Positions 1 to 9,743 of a DNA stretch of 37,911 bases are shown piece after piece. Positions within the stretch are counted from its first letter, which is position 1. Every line of letters begins with the position of its first letter. This stretch comes from an uncultured bacterium (GTDB lineage: Bacteria > DYJV01). Below the pieces are notes generated by a model. It ran no database searches, had not been told where the DNA came from, and saw only the letters and a program-made list of their open reading frames with translations. The stretch is taken from contig CAZIZE010000055.1 in the NCBI GenBank assembly GCA_964543655.1, forward strand, positions 1 to 37,911. Reading direction: 5' to 3'. The translations under genes were made by a program, and so were the position numbers.

Positions 1-1038
1 TTCCATTAAAGTAACACTATTACAAATATCAACATCTACAGACATATATGCATTAAAATCACTGTCATCTGGATCATCATCACCTGATGCATACCAGAAA
101 GTATACTTTAATTTAGCATTACCAAAGCTATATCCTAAATCCAATCTTCCAAACCATGCATTTAAATCAAAATTATCAGTTTTGCTAACACCTGCATAAT
201 CTGTAAATGTAACTTTATCAATGCTTCCACCTTCATAGATTAAATCAAAACTACCAAAGATATTACCTGATTTGAAACTACCACTTGCTCCAAGAGCTAT
301 TACGCTGATATCAGCATTTTTCATTCTCTTTAATTCATACCATTCACCTCTGCTTGCTGTAACTGCAACAGGACCAGCAGAGCTGTCAAGATTTCTGTAT
401 GAATAATCTGCCCATAAATTCATTTTAAAATTGTCAGCAGGCTTAAAGTCAACTCTTACATAGTAGCTATCAAGGCTTGTTGTATCATCATTGTGAGTTG
501 TGCTTCTGTATTCATGAGGTCTTGACCAGCCAAGGATAAATTTTGTAGCACCTAAATCTCCATAGAGCTGTACTCCCATTTGAGTTTCTGTCCAAAAATA
601 TTTGTTGAGTTTAAGAGCAAATAAACCCATTTTCATACCAAGTTTATCATTCCATGGGAGCCTAAAGTCTGTGTATAACCATCTTGTTTCAATGTTGATG
701 GCATCACCAGAAAATCCTCCACCATTACTTTTACCAACAGAAGAGGTGTCTTTACCATATTCGAGGCCACCAATTTCCCATGCCCAAACACCTTTTACTT
801 TACCTTCATTGGTTGAATAATCAAACCAGTTTCTGTACTTTGCTTCACCCCAAAAATTGTAGTTAGAGCTTTTGTCAATAGGGCCGCCTCCGCTGCCATT
901 GAACCATTCGTCATGGTTGCTACCAAGCATAAATCTGTTGTTGAAATCACCATGAATTTGAATGTCAGCTGCACTTAAAGCAAATGGAACTACTAAAATA
1001 CAGAATAAAGCAACCAACATCATCTTTACCTTCTTCAT
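1..1038 (-). CDS. Outer-membrane beta-barrel porin-like protein, runs off the left edge (not in ORF track)
   Basis: ATG at 1038 with AGGAGG SD. Translates MKKVKMMLVALFCILVVPFALSA|ADIQIHGDFNNRF... (signal peptide), aromatic-rich beta-strands, a WYASGDD motif, and is in frame at position 1. Confidence 0.8.
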   Translation of the reverse strand, partial: MKKVKMMLVALFCILVVPFALSAADIQIHGDFNNRFMLGSNHDEWFNGSGGGPIDKSSNYNFWGEAKYRNWFDYSTNEGKVKGVWAWEIGGLEYGKDTSSVGKSNGGGFSGDAINIETRWLYTDFRLPWNDKLGMKMGLFALKLNKYFWTETQMGVQLYGDLGATKFILGWSRPHEYRSTTHNDDTTSLDSYYVRVDFKPADNFKMNLWADYSYRNLDSSAGPVAVTASRGEWYELKRMKNADISVIALGASGSFKSGNIFGSFDLIYEGGSIDKVTFTDYAGVSKTDNFDLNAWFGRLDLGYSFGNAKLKYTFWYASGDDDPDDSDFNAYMSVDVDICNSVTLME

Positions 1039-1091
1039 GCTTTTCCTCCTTTTGAATTAGTTTTTATTTTTTTATTAATAAAAGATATTCT

Positions 1092-1120
1092 TATTTAACC
1101 AATCTTGTATACAATGTCAA
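1092..1120 (-). promoter_or_regulatory. Putative sigma70 promoter for the porin
   Basis: Perfect TTGACA at 1120-1115 (minus), followed 16-17 nt later by an imperfect -10 (TGGTTAAATA). Confidence 0.4.
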
Positions 1121-1191
1121 TAGAATTTTTAAAAATTTTTAATTTTTTTTAATTTAAGAAAAGAATATAAATAATGTATAAAAAAAATTAC

Positions 1192-1220
1192 TTGACATTT
1201 ATTGCTTCTTATATTAACGG
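1192..1220 (+). promoter_or_regulatory. Putative sigma70 promoter for rplM
   Basis: TTGACA at 1192-1197 preceded by an A-tract. The -10 element is ambiguous. Confidence 0.35.
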
Positions 1221-1264
1221 GATTCTCCCTTTAAAAAAGTAATAACAAAATCAGGAGTAAATAA

Positions 1265-1693
1265 ATGAAGACTTTTATGGCAAAAAAGGAAGAAGTTGAA
1301 AGAAAATGGTGGATTGTTGATGCAGAAGATAAAATTGTTGGTAGAGTTGCGTCAAAAGTAGCAGCAATTCTTAGAGGTAAAAATAAAGTTATTTACACAC
1401 CACATGTTGATACAGGAGATTTTGTAGTTATAATTAATGCTGACAAAATGCGTTTTACAGGAAAGAAACTTGAAAACAAGAAATATTACAAACATACAGG
1501 TTATATAGGTGGAATTAAAGAGATAACTGCTAAGAAACTTCTTGAGAAAAAGCCTGAAGAAATTATTAAAAAAGCTGTAAAAGGAATGTTACCTAAAAAT
1601 AAATTAGGTAGAAAGATGTTTAAAAAATTAAAAGTTTATGCAGGCTCAGAGCATCCACATGAAGCTCAGATGCCTGAGAAATTAGAAATCTAA
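1265..1693 (+). CDS. rplM: 50S ribosomal protein L13
   Basis: MKTFMAK...W..VDA...LRGK...YTPHVDTGD...HTGY.GG...GMLPKN motifs; AGGAG SD. Confidence 0.99.
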   Translation: MKTFMAKKEEVERKWWIVDAEDKIVGRVASKVAAILRGKNKVIYTPHVDTGDFVVIINADKMRFTGKKLENKKYYKHTGYIGGIKEITAKKLLEKKPEEIIKKAVKGMLPKNKLGRKMFKKLKVYAGSEHPHEAQMPEKLEI

Positions 1694-1706
1694 AGGAGTA
1701 TAATGA

Positions 1707-2096
1707 ATGGCTACAAGATACTACGCAACAGGTAAAAGAAAAGATGCTGTGGCAAGAGTTTGGATGGAGCCGGGAAAAGGTAATATTATAATTAATGGTA
1801 AAAATCTCGATGAATATATTCCAAGAGAAACGTTAAAGATGATTATTAAGCAACCTCTTGAATTAACAGACACATATGGTAAGTTTGATTTTAAAATTAA
1901 TGTTCATGGTGGTGGCTTATCAGGTCAAGCAGGTGCAATTAGACATGGTATTGCCAAAGCTTTAACAGAGTATAACTTTGATTTAAGACCAGTACTTAAA
2001 AAAGCAGGATTTCTTACAAGGGATCCAAGAGTTGTTGAAAGAAAAAAATACGGCAAAAAGAAAGCAAGAAAAAGTCCTCAATTTTCTAAAAGATAA
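1707..2096 (+). CDS. rpsI: 30S ribosomal protein S9
   Basis: TGKRK.AVARV, GGG.SGQAGA, LTRDPR.VERKK, C-terminal QFSKR. Confidence 0.99.
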   Translation: MATRYYATGKRKDAVARVWMEPGKGNIIINGKNLDEYIPRETLKMIIKQPLELTDTYGKFDFKINVHGGGLSGQAGAIRHGIAKALTEYNFDLRPVLKKAGFLTRDPRVVERKKYGKKKARKSPQFSKR

Positions 2097-2106
2097 TTCA
2101 ACTTTT

Positions 2107-2140
2107 AAATTCTCCATCATAATTGATGGAGAATTTTTTT
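2107..2140 (+). terminator. Intrinsic terminator after rpsI
   Basis: AAATTCTCCATCA-taat-TGATGGAGAATTT 13-bp stem ending in a T7 run. Confidence 0.85.
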
Positions 2141-2146
2141 ATTATT

Positions 2147-3193
2147 ATGAAAATAAAAGTATCAATTATTGGAGCCACAGGTTACACTGGATTTGAATTA
2201 ATTAGAATTTTAAATAATCATCCAAATTGTAAAATATCATTTATTACTTCAAGAAAATCTGAATCAGAAGAAATTTCAATTCAAGACCTTTATCCAACTT
2301 TTTTTTCAACAGAGAATATTATATTTACCAATCTTGATATTGAAAAAATTGCCAAGGAAAGTGATCTAATTTTTACAGCTTTACCTCATAGGGCATCAAT
2401 GAAAATAGTTAAGGAATTTATTTCTTTAAATAAAAAAGTCATTGATTTAAGTGCTGATTTTAGATTTTCTAATATTGAAACTTATGAAAAATGGTATTGT
2501 GAACATGAGGAAAGAGATATTGCCAAAAAGTCTGTTTATGGATTACCTGAACTATACAGAGAAAGGATAAAGGGAGCTAATTTGGTTGCAAATCCTGGTT
2601 GTTATCCTACAAGTGCAATTCTTGGTATTTATCCAATTTTAAAAGGAAAAATAGAGATTAATGAGAATATAATTGTTGACTCTAAATCTGGAGTAACAGG
2701 TGCAGGACGTAATCCATCATTAAAGACAATTTTCACAGAAGTTAATGACAATTTTTCAGCTTATGGTGTTGGTGCCCATAGGCATGAGCCAGAAATTGAG
2801 GAGAAATTCAGTGAATTATACAACATACCTTTAAATGTTACTTTTACTCCACACCTTTTGCCCATAAATAGAGGAATATTATCAACTATTTATGTTACTT
2901 TGAAAGAGGATTTAGATGAATCTAAAATAAGAAACTTATACAATGATACATATAGAAATGAATATTTTGTTAAGGTTTTACCTAAAAATGTTCTGCCATC
3001 AACTGCAATGGTTAAAGCATCTAATTTTTGCTTTATTGGATTAAAACTTGTAAAACCAAAGAATCAACTTATTATTGTATCTGTTATAGATAACATTGTA
3101 AAAGGTGCTTCAGGCCAGGCAATTCAAAATATGAATGTTATGTATGGATTGCCAGAAAATAGGGGACTTGATTTTTTGCCAACCTATCTTTAA
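2147..3193 (+). CDS. argC: N-acetyl-gamma-glutamyl-phosphate reductase
   Basis: GATGYTG Rossmann motif, DLSADFR, ANPGCYPT catalytic Cys, SGVTGAGR, DNIVKGASGQA. Start moved to MKIKVSII at 2147. Confidence 0.97.
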   Translation: MKIKVSIIGATGYTGFELIRILNNHPNCKISFITSRKSESEEISIQDLYPTFFSTENIIFTNLDIEKIAKESDLIFTALPHRASMKIVKEFISLNKKVIDLSADFRFSNIETYEKWYCEHEERDIAKKSVYGLPELYRERIKGANLVANPGCYPTSAILGIYPILKGKIEINENIIVDSKSGVTGAGRNPSLKTIFTEVNDNFSAYGVGAHRHEPEIEEKFSELYNIPLNVTFTPHLLPINRGILSTIYVTLKEDLDESKIRNLYNDTYRNEYFVKVLPKNVLPSTAMVKASNFCFIGLKLVKPKNQLIIVSVIDNIVKGASGQAIQNMNVMYGLPENRGLDFLPTYL

Positions 3194-3792
3194 GAGATTA
3201 AATTTTTAACAATTTCTATCCCTTTTTTATAATTAACTTTTGTAAGATTAATGGTAATATGGTATAACTCTGGTGCTTCCCAGTTGCAGTTGTAGAATTT
3301 TTTAATATAATTTTTACGTTCCTCATCTTTTCTTTTAATAGTGGAAATTGCACCATCTTTTGTGATTCCACGTTTCATTAGTAACTCAACTCTTTCCTGA
3401 AATTCTCTAACAATTTTAATATGAAAGGTATTTAGAAACTCCTTTAAAATACATTGACTTGCCCTTCCAACAATAACAACATTCCCTTTCTTAGCAAATT
3501 CTATAATGGTTTTATTAATAGCTTCAATAACTTCATTATGTTCAAATGTTAAATCTTTTTTGCCAACAATCCGTTTAATATAATCATTGTCTATTAACTT
3601 TTGAAAAAAATCAATACCAAGTCCAGTAATGCTTTCTAATGCTTTAAGCTCGTCAATTGATAAATTCTCTTTTTCTGCAACTTTTTTATAAATTTCTTTA
3701 TCAACATATGAATAATTTAATGCTCTTGCAAGGTCCTGAGCAAAAAATTTACCTTCAGATGCATATTGACGGGAAATTGTAATAATAGCCAT
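3190..3792 (-). CDS. Cytidylate kinase-like family protein (Cytidylate_kin2 type)
   Basis: IITISRQYASEG, VIVGRA, D..R..Y...Y, W..P.LYH..IN pattern. Confidence 0.85.
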   Translation of the reverse strand: MAIITISRQYASEGKFFAQDLARALNYSYVDKEIYKKVAEKENLSIDELKALESITGLGIDFFQKLIDNDYIKRIVGKKDLTFEHNEVIEAINKTIIEFAKKGNVVIVGRASQCILKEFLNTFHIKIVREFQERVELLMKRGITKDGAISTIKRKDEERKNYIKKFYNCNWEAPELYHITINLTKVNYKKGIEIVKNLIS

Positions 3793-3794
3793 AA

Positions 3795-3947
3795 TTAAAC
3801 CTCATTTTTCCAAATCATATAAATTGGACACTCAAGCCTGAATTTGCAGGGCTTATCTGGAGCAAGGCATTTAATTGATCCAGTTACAGGGATTTCTTTG
3901 CCATATTTCTGGCAGGTTAATTTTTTTACGCTATCTGAGTTTTGCAA
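3795..3947 (-). CDS. Small 4-Cys protein, 50 aa (below ORF-track cutoff)
   Basis: TTG start with GGAGAGG SD. Sequence MQNSDSVKKLTCQKYGKEIPVTGSIKCLAPDKPCKFRLECPIYMIWKNEV*. Fills the gap between two co-oriented genes. Confidence 0.7.
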   Translation of the reverse strand: MQNSDSVKKLTCQKYGKEIPVTGSIKCLAPDKPCKFRLECPIYMIWKNEV

Positions 3948-4312
3948 CTTTCCTCTCCACTATAAATATTTTCAATTGTGCTCTGTAATTGTTTTAAGTT
4001 AAATGGCTTTTCAAGATAACCATTGGCACCTATATTTAAAATCTGCTCTTTTTTTACTTCATCTATATATCCTGATATTACAATTATCGGGATAGTTGTG
4101 TCAATCTGTCTAAATTTTTTAATAAGTTCAAATCCATCTATTTCAGGAAGGTTTATATCTGTAATAATAATATCGTAATGCTCAGAGAGGAATTGTTGTA
4201 ATGCTTCATTGGGATGTTCAAAAATTGAAACTTTAAATTGTAGAAATTCTAAAAATTCTTTTAATATTTCAAGGACATCTGGCTCATCGTCAATAAGCAT
4301 AATCTTTTTCAT
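3926..4312 (-). CDS. Single-domain response regulator (CheY-like receiver)
   Basis: LIDDE, phospho-Asp in ITDINLP..DG, ISGY, YLEKPF. Confidence 0.93.
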   Translation of the reverse strand: MKKIMLIDDEPDVLEILKEFLEFLQFKVSIFEHPNEALQQFLSEHYDIIITDINLPEIDGFELIKKFRQIDTTIPIIVISGYIDEVKKEQILNIGANGYLEKPFNLKQLQSTIENIYSGEESCKTQIA

Positions 4313-4476
4313 TGTTTAATCCTTTAAAATTTTTTTAAACCAATATAAAATTTTGAAACAATTATCAAGAATTTTTTATAATTTTCTTGACTTTTTTTCT
4401 GTTTTTTGCGAATGAATCGTGTCAAAAAAAATTAATTTTCAACAAGTTTCAAATACAAACATTTTGGGGGAATAAA

Positions 4477-6039
4477 ATGGAGGAGAAAAAAAATTTATTT
4501 AAAGAGAGCTTATTAGACCCAGATACTTTTTCAGTTACCTGGGAATTAGTTCCTGGTAGAGGTGCTTTTGAAAAAGCACAGGAGACACTTATAAAATCAG
4601 CAGAAGCTGCAGCTAAAAGTGGTAAAATTCATGCGCTAACAATAACAGATAACCCTGGTGGGAATCCTGCTATTTCAGCTGAGATGCTTGGAGTGGAAGT
4701 AAAAAATCTTGGTATTGACCCTCTTGTTCACTTTACCTGTAAAGATAAGAGCAGAAACGAGATAGAAGCATTACTATATGGTCTTGAAAGGGCAGGGGTT
4801 TATAATCTACTTGTAATGACTGGTGACTATCCTGTTTCTGGTTTTAAAGGTAGGTCAAGGCCTGTATTTGATCTTGATCCTATTCATGTACTGCAATTAA
4901 TTGAAGAAATGAATAAAGGTCTTGAATATCCTGGCATGAGAGGCATGATTAAAAATCAGCCTACTAATTTTTTTGCAGGAGCTGCTGGTTCTCCTTTTAA
5001 ACAGCTTGAATCAGAGCAGATGATCCAATATTACAAACTAAAAAAGAAAATAGATGCTGGTGCAAAATTTATCGTTCCTCAGTTAGGTTATGATGCAAGA
5101 AAATTTCAGGAAATTTTATGGGTTGTTAGAAAAGTTTTTAAATCAGATATCCCACTTATAGGAAATGTATACATTTTACCTTATGGTGCAGGAAGATTGA
5201 TGAATAAAAATATGATTCCAGGTTGCGTTGTTACAGATAAGCTTCTTAAAGTTCTTGATGAAGAAAGAAAGGCTGATGATAAAGGTAAATCAGCAAGATT
5301 ACTTAGAGCTGCGAAAATGTATGCATTTTTTAAAGGAATGGGTTACAGTGGCGTTCACATTGGAGGTCATGGTATTCCAATAGATGATGTTTTATGGGTA
5401 ATTGAAAAAGGTGAAGAGCTTGCGCCAAACTGGCTTGATTATGTGCACGAGTTTGAATTTCCAATGGAAAATGGTTTTTACTACTTTGAAAAAGATGAAG
5501 AAACAGGTCTCAACAAAGAGAGCATTTCTCCAAGGAATGCAGACCCTGACAATCCTCTTATGTACAGAATGGCTCGTTTTATGCACGATGTAATGTTTGA
5601 GCCAGATGGATTTCTTTTTAAACCAATGAGATGGCTATGTAATAAACTTGATGGCACAAAAGGTGAAGAAGTTTTCAAATATTTTGAGCATCTTATTAAA
5701 GTAGCTAACTTTGAATGTATGGATTGTGGTGACTGTGCTTTAATGGATGTTGCATTTCTATGTCCAATGTCTCAATGCCCTAAAAACCAGAGAAACGGTG
5801 CCTGTGGTGGAAGCTATCAGGGCTGGTGTGAAGTTTATCCAAACAAAAAGAAATGTGTTTGGGTTAGGGCATATGACAGGTTAAAAGCATATAATGAGCA
5901 GGATCAGATTCAAGATAATCTTGTGCCACCACCAAACTGGGATTTTTACCATACTTCATCATGGATGAATTTCTTCCTTGGAAGGGATCATGTTGCTAAA
6001 AGGATGGGTATAGAGCCACCAGAAAAGAAAAAGGATTAA
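4477..6039 (+). CDS. metF: Methylenetetrahydrofolate reductase fused to a C-terminal MetV-like (MTHFR_C) Cys-rich domain
   Basis: ITDNPGG, HFTCKD, LVMTGDYP, KK..AGA.F..PQLGYD. C-terminal CMDCGDC..CP...CPK..RNGACGG...CEV...CVW. ATG 4477 with GGGGG SD. Confidence 0.9.
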   Translation: MEEKKNLFKESLLDPDTFSVTWELVPGRGAFEKAQETLIKSAEAAAKSGKIHALTITDNPGGNPAISAEMLGVEVKNLGIDPLVHFTCKDKSRNEIEALLYGLERAGVYNLLVMTGDYPVSGFKGRSRPVFDLDPIHVLQLIEEMNKGLEYPGMRGMIKNQPTNFFAGAAGSPFKQLESEQMIQYYKLKKKIDAGAKFIVPQLGYDARKFQEILWVVRKVFKSDIPLIGNVYILPYGAGRLMNKNMIPGCVVTDKLLKVLDEERKADDKGKSARLLRAAKMYAFFKGMGYSGVHIGGHGIPIDDVLWVIEKGEELAPNWLDYVHEFEFPMENGFYYFEKDEETGLNKESISPRNADPDNPLMYRMARFMHDVMFEPDGFLFKPMRWLCNKLDGTKGEEVFKYFEHLIKVANFECMDCGDCALMDVAFLCPMSQCPKNQRNGACGGSYQGWCEVYPNKKKCVWVRAYDRLKAYNEQDQIQDNLVPPPNWDFYHTSSWMNFFLGRDHVAKRMGIEPPEKKKD

Positions 6040-6045
6040 ATTTAT

Positions 6046-6075
6046 AAAATCCCCATACATCAGTATGGGGATTTT
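6046..6075 (+). terminator. Intrinsic terminator hairpin after metF (possibly bidirectional)
   Basis: AAAATCCCCATAC-atca-GTATGGGGATTTT perfect 13-bp inverted repeat. Confidence 0.8.
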
Positions 6076-6097
6076 CAATAAAATTAAGGAGGATGAA

Positions 6098-6289
6098 GTG
6101 GCAATAAAAAAGGAACTTCTTGATATTCTTGCTTGCCCAAAATGTAAAGGTGACCTTTTTCTTACAGAAAAAGAAGATGGCCTTGTGTGCAAGGATTGTA
6201 AGCTTGTTTATGAAATAAGAGATGACATTCCAATAATGCTTATAGAGGAAGCAAAACCATTTGATGACTCAATTAAATTGAAAGAGTAA
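6098..6289 (+). CDS. Trm112/YcaR family protein
   Basis: LLDILACPKCKG.L....L.C..C...YEIRDDIPIMLIEEA. GTG start at 6098 after AAGGAGG. Confidence 0.92.
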   Translation: MAIKKELLDILACPKCKGDLFLTEKEDGLVCKDCKLVYEIRDDIPIMLIEEAKPFDDSIKLKE

Positions 6290-7176
6290 TGCAGTTTTTC
6301 TCATTTCTTGTTAGTTTCATCCCTTATGAAAAGATTTATCCTTTTTCTATATTTTTAGGTAAAATTTTATATAAAATTCTAAAAAAAAGAACTTTAATTG
6401 CTTATTACAATATTGAAAAAATTTTACCTAATATACCTGAAAATCAGAAAAAAGAATTAATTATAAATTCGTATGCATCTTTAATTGGAAATATACTTGA
6501 GTTAATTAAAATAGAGAAATTTAGCAAAGCTGAGCTTGAAAAAGTTTTCTCTGTTAAAGGTGTTGAAATTTTAGACTCTGTTCTTAGCAGAGGAAAAGGG
6601 TGCATACTTATTAATGGTCACTTTGGTAATTGGGAAATTCCAGTAGTGCTTCCACTTTTTCTTAATAAAACTATCCTTACTGTTGGGAAAAAGCAGAAAC
6701 CTGAATTTTTTAACAATTTCCTGTTTAAGTTGAGAACAAATTTTGGGATGAAAGTTATTGAGAGTAAAAACTCTCTTATGGCAATTTTTAAAACTTTAAA
6801 AAAAGGTGGAATTGTGGGATTTATTATGGATCAGAGGACAAAAAAAGATAGTTCCACATTAATAGATTTTTTTGGTGAAAAAATTTATTGCACAACAGCT
6901 CCAGCATATCTTGCACTGAAATTGGATGTTCCAGTTCTACTCTGCTATTCAGAAAGAGTTCAAGGTGGTAAGCATATTTTTCACTTTGATAAAGAGATAA
7001 ATTTAAAACAAGATGGTGAAAAATTTGAAAAGCTTGTACATGAAAATACACAGAAGATTCATGATGAAATAGCTAAACTTATTTTAGAGAAACCAGAGAA
7101 CTGGTTTTGGCTACATGCAAAATTTAAAAGCAAAAGAAAAACACTTTTAGAATTTAAAAATTTTTCCGGGATTTAA
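6289..7176 (+). CDS. Lipid A late acyltransferase (LpxL/HtrB family)
   Basis: GHFGNWE catalytic motif, MDQ, FFG, PENWFWLH. TAATG coupling to the Trm112 gene. Confidence 0.88.
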   Translation: MQFFSFLVSFIPYEKIYPFSIFLGKILYKILKKRTLIAYYNIEKILPNIPENQKKELIINSYASLIGNILELIKIEKFSKAELEKVFSVKGVEILDSVLSRGKGCILINGHFGNWEIPVVLPLFLNKTILTVGKKQKPEFFNNFLFKLRTNFGMKVIESKNSLMAIFKTLKKGGIVGFIMDQRTKKDSSTLIDFFGEKIYCTTAPAYLALKLDVPVLLCYSERVQGGKHIFHFDKEINLKQDGEKFEKLVHENTQKIHDEIAKLILEKPENWFWLHAKFKSKRKTLLEFKNFSGI

Positions 7177-8505
7177 AATATTATCTGGATCAAGTGAATT
7201 TTTAATCTGCTTCATTAAATTTACTGTAGGTTCGCCAAATTCTTTTGGCAGATATTTGATTTTTCCAATCCCCACTCCATGCTCACCAGTAGCTGTACCA
7301 CCTAATTCTATACCTCTATCAACAATTTTTTCATTAGCTTCTTCAATTTTTTTCCATGAGTTGGGATCCTCTTTATCTGCAACAAGTACAGCGTGAAGAT
7401 TACCATCACCAGCATGGCCAAAAATATAACCTTTGACATTTTTTGTAACTTCCTTTGCATATAGAACAAGCTCAGGATATTTTGATATTGGAACAGCAGT
7501 ATCTACAATAATTGCTTTCCAGCCAGGGTTGGTTCTAATAATAACTTCATACGTTTTATGACGTGCTTCCCACAACCTGTTCCTTTCATCAATACCAACG
7601 CCACTATCAAAATGTGTTGCTTTGTTATCTTTGCAAATTTCAACAACAGATTTAATTTCTTCTTCAAGAGAGTTTCTATTGGAACCATGAAATTCCATTA
7701 AAATACATGGCTTCTCTTCAAGGTTAAGCTCTTCATTTTCATTGAGCATTTTAATAACATTCTCATCCATAAATTCAAGAGCTGCGGGATTTAAACCTGA
7801 CATTATAATATCAGACACAGTTTTAACAGCATTGTCAACATTGTCAAAGTAAGCAACAGCAGCTGACATTTCTGCAGGAATACCATGAAGTTTAAGAAAT
7901 GCCTTGGTAAATAAGCCAAGGGTACCTTCAGAACCTATGAATAAATGAAGAAGATCAAAACCACTTGAAGATTTTCTTGCAAGGCTCCCAACAGAAATTA
8001 TATCTCCATTAGCAAGTGCTACATTACATTTGTAAACATTGTCCTTTGTAGCACCATACCTAACTGTCCTTGTGCCACTGGCATTATTTGCAAGCATTCC
8101 ACCAATTGAAGCATTAGCTCCAGGATCCGGTGGGAAAAATAATCCATAGATTCTTAAATCTCTATTTAAATCTTTGTATAGAACACCAGGCTCAACTTCA
8201 ACCATCATATCATCAGGATAAACTTTAATTATCTTATTCATTTTTTCAAAACTTACTACAATCCCTCTTTTAAGTGGTATTGGATTCCCTTCAATACTCG
8301 TGCCAGCACCATACGGCGTAACAGGGATTTTATTTTCACTGGCGAATTTCAAAACATCTCTAACATCCTGCTCTGATTCTGGAAAAAAAACTATATCAGG
8401 CTCCACCCATTTATGATGAGATTCATCATGGCTAAATGTAGACTTTATTGAAGAGCCTGTTGAGAATTTGCCATTAAATTTTGATTTAAAGTTTTCTAAC
8501 CACAT
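7147..8505 (-). CDS. FAD-linked oxidase, GlcD / D-lactate dehydrogenase family
   Basis: GAGTSIEG, PPDPGA, NNASG...YG, GSEGTLG, GHAGDGNLH, GEHGVG, DP..ILNPGK. ATG 8505 with GGAG SD. Confidence 0.92.
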   Translation of the reverse strand: MWLENFKSKFNGKFSTGSSIKSTFSHDESHHKWVEPDIVFFPESEQDVRDVLKFASENKIPVTPYGAGTSIEGNPIPLKRGIVVSFEKMNKIIKVYPDDMMVEVEPGVLYKDLNRDLRIYGLFFPPDPGANASIGGMLANNASGTRTVRYGATKDNVYKCNVALANGDIISVGSLARKSSSGFDLLHLFIGSEGTLGLFTKAFLKLHGIPAEMSAAVAYFDNVDNAVKTVSDIIMSGLNPAALEFMDENVIKMLNENEELNLEEKPCILMEFHGSNRNSLEEEIKSVVEICKDNKATHFDSGVGIDERNRLWEARHKTYEVIIRTNPGWKAIIVDTAVPISKYPELVLYAKEVTKNVKGYIFGHAGDGNLHAVLVADKEDPNSWKKIEEANEKIVDRGIELGGTATGEHGVGIGKIKYLPKEFGEPTVNLMKQIKNSLDPDNILNPGKIFKF

Positions 8506-8517
8506 AATAATCTCCAA

Positions 8518-9696
8518 TTAAAAACTGCTTAATAATTCTTTCCAGGCATTTGCTGAGTTTTCTATTGTTTCTCTTGACACACAGTAAGAAACTCTAAAAT
8601 ACCCTTTTCTTCCAAAACCGCTACCTGGCACAATTAAGATTTTATACTTTTGAGCTATCTTTACAAATTCTACATCATCATCAATAGGAGCTTTTATAAA
8701 GAAATAGAAAGCTCCTTCAGGTTTTTTAAACTTAAATCCAGCATCTGTTACAATATCGTAAAGAATATCCCTATTTGTTTTATAAAAATCAAGGTTAGCT
8801 GATTCATTGAGCAACTCTGCAACAACCCTCTGCATTAATGCTGGTGCATTAACAAACCCAAGTATTCTGTTGCAAAGTATAATAGCATCTATTATCTGGG
8901 AATAATCGTCAGCTTCTTTATTAACTGCTATATAACCAATCCTCTCACCAGCAAGAGAGAGATCCTTGGAGAAAGAGTAAATAATAATTGAGTTCTTATA
9001 TGATTTTAAAATAGAAGGTAGAGTAATATTCTCAAAAACAAGTTTTTTATAAGGTTCATCTGATATAAGGTAGATAGTTCTGTTAAACTCTCTGCTTTTT
9101 CTTTCAAGAATTTCTGCAAGTTTATTAATCTCGTCTTGATAATATATTCTGCCTGTAGGATTGTTGGGGCTGTTAATAATAATAGCTTTTGTTTTTTCAT
9201 TAATACTATTTTCTATTTCATTGAAATTTAAAGAAAAATCTTCATTGCTTTGAGCTAATTTAAGTACTCCGCCATTATTGTCAGCATAAAAATTGTATTC
9301 AACAAAAAATGGTGCTATAGTTAAAACTTCATCACCTTGGTCAAGCAAAGCCTTTAAAACCACATTTAAACCAGCACCTGCTCCGCAACACATAATTATT
9401 GAATTTGCATCAAGATTTGTACCTTCATTTTTGTTTATATAATCTGCAATTTTCTCCCTTACAAATGGAAAACCTGCATTTGGCATATATCTATGCATAC
9501 CTTCAGGTTCATTTGAAAGTAAATTATTAATAGTATCCTTAAATTTCAAAGGAGGTTCCAAATTTGGATTGCCAAGTGAAAAATCAAAAACATTTTCTGC
9601 ACCAAACTCCTGCTTTAATTTCATCCCCTCTTCAAACATTTTTCTTATCCAGGATGATTTTTCCATGAATGTATTTATCTTTTTTGAAATTGACAT
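8518..9696 (-). CDS. PLP-dependent class I/II (aspartate-type) aminotransferase
   Basis: SWIRKMFEEG, DFSLGNP, NSPNNPTG, ISDEPY, SFSK (PLP Lys), GERIGY. Confidence 0.93.
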   Translation of the reverse strand: MSISKKINTFMEKSSWIRKMFEEGMKLKQEFGAENVFDFSLGNPNLEPPLKFKDTINNLLSNEPEGMHRYMPNAGFPFVREKIADYINKNEGTNLDANSIIMCCGAGAGLNVVLKALLDQGDEVLTIAPFFVEYNFYADNNGGVLKLAQSNEDFSLNFNEIENSINEKTKAIIINSPNNPTGRIYYQDEINKLAEILERKSREFNRTIYLISDEPYKKLVFENITLPSILKSYKNSIIIYSFSKDLSLAGERIGYIAVNKEADDYSQIIDAIILCNRILGFVNAPALMQRVVAELLNESANLDFYKTNRDILYDIVTDAGFKFKKPEGAFYFFIKAPIDDDVEFVKIAQKYKILIVPGSGFGRKGYFRVSYCVSRETIENSANAWKELLSSF

Positions 9697-9715
9697 GATT
9701 ATAACCTCCTTTGTT

Positions 9716-9743
9716 AAAATTGGGTGCTTAAGAGCACCCGATT
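9716..9743 (-). terminator. Terminator-like hairpin after fchA
   Basis: Minus strand AATCGGGTGCT-ctta-AGCACCCAATTTT. Confidence 0.65.

Noticed and set aside
1219-1230. Small GGGA-TTC-TCCC hairpin in the rplM leader as a possible L13 autoregulatory element
   Set aside because: A 4-bp stem is too little to call without a covariance model.
4387-4476. Longest-ORF upstream starts (metF 4387; also argC 2123, Trm112 6065, CDF 28011, amidohydrolase 36086)
   Set aside because: The extensions lie in promoter or terminator sequence, and downstream starts have better SD or family-typical N-termini.
7147-7176. 30-nt convergent overlap of the lipid A acyltransferase and FAD oxidase 3' ends
   Set aside because: Short tail-to-tail overlaps are common in compact genomes.
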